NCBI GenBank assembly: GCA_036494005.1
Contig: DASXOV010000021.1
Coordinates: forward strand, 3,947 to 67,946
Reading direction: 5' to 3'
Source of the DNA: Pseudonocardiaceae bacterium
GTDB taxonomy: Bacteria > Actinomycetota > Actinomycetes > Mycobacteriales > Pseudonocardiaceae
DNA: 64,000 nt
Part shown: one piece after another, positions 61,002-64,000 of the stretch
Position numbering within the stretch: the stretch's first letter is position 1
Layout: the number at the start of each line of letters is the position of its first letter
Notes under the pieces: generated by a model
Seen by the model: the letters and a program-made list of their open reading frames with translations, nothing else
What the model was told of the DNA's origin: nothing
The model's database searches: none
Program-made: the position numbers and the translations under genes

Positions 61002-62558
61002 TCAACCGGCGAGCGTGGTGCGCCGGCGAGCCGTGGTGCCGGTGATCCGAGCCGCGGCGAGCTTGCCCGAGATCAGCACGGTGGGCACCCCGACCCCGGG
61101 CGTGGTGCCGCATCCGGCGAGCACGACGTTGGTGTGGCCACGGACCAGGTTGGACGGCCGGAACGGTCCGGTCTGGGCGAACGTGTGCGCCGCGGAGAAC
61201 GGAGTGCCCACGGCCAGTCCCTGCTTCGCCCAGTCCGCAGGGGTCACCAGATGCTCGATCTCGATGGCCGCGCCCAGATCGGTCAGCCCTCGGCGCTCCA
61301 GGGTGCCGACCACTTCGTCGCGATAAGCCGGACCGAGCGTGGCCCAGTCCAGTGGGGCGGTGCGCAGGTTGGGGCAGGGCGCGAGGATGTAGAGCAGTTG
61401 CCGGTCCGCGGGCGCCAGGGCCGGGTCGGTGGCGGTGGGCCGGGTGACCAGCAGCGACGGGTCGCTCATCAAACGACCGCGGTAGATGATCTCGTCGAAG
61501 GTGCTCTCCCACGCCGAGCCGAAGTGGATCGTGTGGTGGGCCAGCCCCGGCCAGCCCGCGCCGGAGCCCGGTCGGACCCCGGCGTGCAGCACTACCGCTG
61601 AGGGTGACCAGCGCAGCGGTACCGGACGGCGCGGGGGCCGGCCGAGCAGCCGGTGCACCACCGGCAGGTCGGGCGTGAGCACCACCGCGTCGGCACTGAT
61701 GCGGTCACCGTCAGTGGTGTGCACGGCGGTGACCCGGTCCCCGGAGCGGTCCAGCGCGGTCACCGTGGTGCGGTATCGGAACTGCGCGCCGGCGTCGGTA
61801 GCGGCGTCGGCCAGTGCCTGGGGCAGCGCGCGCATCCCCCCACGGGGGAACCACACGCCCGCGATGGTGTCCATGTAGGCGATCACCGCGTAAGCGCCGA
61901 GGGCGCGTTGCGGGGGCACCCCGGCGTAGAGGGCCTGGAACGTGAAGAGCCGTTGCAGCCGTTCGTCGCGCAGGAACCGGGCGACCTGCGGGCCGAGCCG
62001 GCCGAAGCCGCCCAGCACGGCGAGGGTGGCCATGTCCCGGATCGCCTCCCGTCCGGCGACCAGGTCGAGCGGGGAGTCGAAGTTGCCGCCGATGAACCGG
62101 CCGATCTCCACCCGGTAGAGCCGGGTCAGCCAGTCCCGCAGCCGCCGGTACCCCGCTGCCTCCCTGGCTCCGGCCACGATGCGGATCTCGGATTCCATCG
62201 CCTCGGCGTCGGTGTGCACGTCGATCACCGAGTCGTCGGCGAAGCGGGCCCGGTAGGCGGGGTGCAGCGGCACCAGATCCAGCCGCTCGGCGACCGAGTC
62301 ACCCACCGCGGCGAGCGCCTCGTCGACCAACTCGGGCATGGTCAGCACCGTCGGGCCGGTGTCGACCCGATAGCTGCCGCCGGCGCTGCCGTCGTCGGGG
62401 ACGAGATCCATCCGCCCGGCCCGTCCGCCCGGGTGGGGCTGGGTCTCGATCACGGTCACCCGGCGGCCCGCTCCGAGCAGGTGCAGGGTGGCGGCCAGCC
62501 CGGCCAGCCCGGCGCCGACGACGACCACGTGCTCGGTGGGTCCGGGAACAGTACGCAC
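61002..62558 (-). CDS. phytoene desaturase family (CrtI-like) FAD-dependent oxidoreductase
   Basis: VVVVGAGLAGLAA...IETQPHPGGRAG N-terminus; 518 aa and collinear with the CrtI family. Confidence 0.8.
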   Translation of the reverse strand: MRTVPGPTEHVVVVGAGLAGLAATLHLLGAGRRVTVIETQPHPGGRAGRMDLVPDDGSAGGSYRVDTGPTVLTMPELVDEALAAVGDSVAERLDLVPLHPAYRARFADDSVIDVHTDAEAMESEIRIVAGAREAAGYRRLRDWLTRLYRVEIGRFIGGNFDSPLDLVAGREAIRDMATLAVLGGFGRLGPQVARFLRDERLQRLFTFQALYAGVPPQRALGAYAVIAYMDTIAGVWFPRGGMRALPQALADAATDAGAQFRYRTTVTALDRSGDRVTAVHTTDGDRISADAVVLTPDLPVVHRLLGRPPRRPVPLRWSPSAVVLHAGVRPGSGAGWPGLAHHTIHFGSAWESTFDEIIYRGRLMSDPSLLVTRPTATDPALAPADRQLLYILAPCPNLRTAPLDWATLGPAYRDEVVGTLERRGLTDLGAAIEIEHLVTPADWAKQGLAVGTPFSAAHTFAQTGPFRPSNLVRGHTNVVLAGCGTTPGVGVPTVLISGKLAAARITGTTARRRTTLAG

Positions 62559-62617
62559 GGTGGTGCACGCTAGCGCGATGGTGACGGTGGCACGGTGTCG
62601 CCGCCCCCCGGCGCCAC

Positions 62618-63886
62618 TTATGAGGTCCTGCTCGTGGCCTGCTCCGCCAGCTCGATGAGCTGCGCGCGGGCCGGCTCGGCCAGGTCAGCGCGGCGCAGGC
62701 CGGCCAGCGCCGAGTCGGTCAGTTCGGTGATCCGCCGCTCCACCTGGGCGACCGCCCCCAGTTCGACCAGCAGCTCGCGCACCGCGGTCACGGTGTCCTC
62801 GTCCACCTGCTGATCGCCGATCGCGCTGCGCAACAGGTCGGCGGCGCTGCCGCGCCGCTGCTGATCGGCCGTGCGCAGGCCGTAGGCGAGCAGCAGGGTC
62901 CGCTTGCCCTCGCGCAGGTCGTCGCCCGCCGGCTTGCCGGTGACCCCGGGATCGCCGAACATGCCCAGCAGGTCGTCCCGCAGCTGGAAGGCGACCCCGA
63001 TGTCGGCACCGAACCGGCGGTAGGCCTCCACCAGTGCGTGGCCGGCGCCACCGATCGCGGCGCCGAGATGCAGGGGGCGTTCGACGGTGTAGGCGGCGGT
63101 CTTGTACCGGTCGATCTGCAGGGCCGCCTCGGCCGCCTCGTCGCCGCAGGCCTGGGTGAGCACGTCGAGGTACTGCCCGCCGAGCAACTCGGTGCGCATC
63201 GCCTGCCACACCCGGTGCGCCCTGCGCAGCTGGTCCGGCCACAGCCCGGCGCCGCGCAGCATGTCGTCCGCCCAGGCCAGGGCGATATCGCCGAGCAGGA
63301 TCGCGACCGCCGACCCGAATCGCTCCGAGGTGCCGAGCCATCCGGACGTGCGGTGCGCGGCGGCGAACTCGACGTGCATGGTGGGCGAGCCACGCCGGGT
63401 CGTGGAGTCGTCCATGATGTCGTCGTGCACCAACGCACAGGCGTGGATCAGCTCCAGGGAGCTCACCGCCCGTAGCACCGCCCGCGCCTCAGGACCGTCC
63501 GGTGAGCCGCCGGCGCCACGCCAGCCCCACCAGGCGAACGTCGGGCGGATCCGCTTGCCGCCGCCGACCACGAAGTCGCTCAGCGAGCCGACCGCAGCGG
63601 CGAACCGCGGATCCAGCAGACCGGCCTCCGCTGTCTTGCCGGACAGGAACGCCGCGAGCTCGCCCTGCACCTCGGCGGGCAGGTTCCGGTCGAGCCGGTG
63701 CACCTGCCGATCGCCGGCCGGCCCGGCCGCACCGGGGGACGGCGCCGCGGTGGGCGGGACGTGCAGCCGCGTCATCGAACCTCCCGGTTTCTTGACCACA
63801 GCGGGCCGTCTTGACCGTAGAGGCGGGGCCGCCGGCCTGCCCATCGAGTCGTCACCAGGTTCGGCCATGTCGGTGCCCCGGTTCAC
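62618..63886 (-). CDS. idsA: polyprenyl (geranylgeranyl) diphosphate synthase
   Basis: FARM motif LVHDDIMDD and SARM motif FQLRDDLLG. The start is uncertain (63886, 63868 or about 63772). Confidence 0.85.
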   Translation of the reverse strand: MNRGTDMAEPGDDSMGRPAAPPLRSRRPAVVKKPGGSMTRLHVPPTAAPSPGAAGPAGDRQVHRLDRNLPAEVQGELAAFLSGKTAEAGLLDPRFAAAVGSLSDFVVGGGKRIRPTFAWWGWRGAGGSPDGPEARAVLRAVSSLELIHACALVHDDIMDDSTTRRGSPTMHVEFAAAHRTSGWLGTSERFGSAVAILLGDIALAWADDMLRGAGLWPDQLRRAHRVWQAMRTELLGGQYLDVLTQACGDEAAEAALQIDRYKTAAYTVERPLHLGAAIGGAGHALVEAYRRFGADIGVAFQLRDDLLGMFGDPGVTGKPAGDDLREGKRTLLLAYGLRTADQQRRGSAADLLRSAIGDQQVDEDTVTAVRELLVELGAVAQVERRITELTDSALAGLRRADLAEPARAQLIELAEQATSRTS

Positions 63887-63930
63887 CGCACCTGTCCCTA
63901 CACACCGCTCGGACGGCTTAAGCTGCGGGC

Positions 63931-64000
63931 ATGACGGCCGTCATCGATCGGGTCGGCGGCGACCGCCCCGTGTTCTCCGTGGAATTCTTCCCGCCCCGCG
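63931..64000 (+). CDS. metF: methylenetetrahydrofolate reductase, N-terminal fragment (3' end outside window)
   Basis: MTAVIDRVGGDRPVFSVEFFPPR matches the MetF N-terminal FSxEFFPP signature, and it holds the Rv2172c position. Confidence 0.7.
   Translation, partial: MTAVIDRVGGDRPVFSVEFFPPR

Overview
This is a high-GC (roughly 70% by eye, not computed) actinobacterial chromosomal core segment, densely coded, with about 62 protein genes. I found no rRNA, tRNA, CRISPR array, transposase or integrase. From memory, the gene order is collinear but inverted relative to the M. tuberculosis H37Rv Rv2219A->Rv2172c region. In window order the genes are:
- RDD and DUF4191 membrane proteins, lipA, lipB, and the 2-oxoacid dehydrogenase E2 (sucB/dlaT) and E3 (lpdA)
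- pepA, gcvT, ilvE, cobS/cobT/cobU, a DUF3043 protein, glycerate kinase, an IscA-type protein and asnB
- the respiratory block ctaC-ctaF / qcrCAB-ctaE, then trpD
- a RipC-like NlpC/P60 hydrolase preceded by a c-di-AMP (ydaO-class) riboswitch, a PimB-like GT4 and fadD15
- SRPBCC, metallophosphoesterase and ArsA-like genes, plsC-like, an Rv2179c-like exoribonuclease, pfk and class II aroG
- a PknL-like PASTA kinase with a divergent Rv2175c-like regulator, an mptA-like GT-C, idsA, and the start of metF

The loci that break this conserved order are the most interesting:
1. A translationally coupled four-gene operon (adenylate-forming ligase, AT3 membrane acyltransferase, phosphosulfolactate synthase ComA, VOC protein) plus a divergent esterase, inserted between the pimB-like GT and fadD15.
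2. An orphan CheB-type methylesterase gene overlapping the 3' end of qcrB, with a stand-alone pseudo-receiver gene on the other flank of the bc1/ctaE block.
3. A visibly lower-GC island between aroG and pknL carrying a decayed aspS-like remnant, other gene debris and a protealysin-type M4 protease with an emfourin-like partner.
4. Carotenoid-type genes (crtB-like, crtI-like) interleaved with mptA and idsA.

All functional calls rest on my own reading of the translated ORFs against remembered family hallmarks. No database search was run. Start codons were refined by eye using in-frame ATG/GTG codons and upstream purine-rich RBS motifs.
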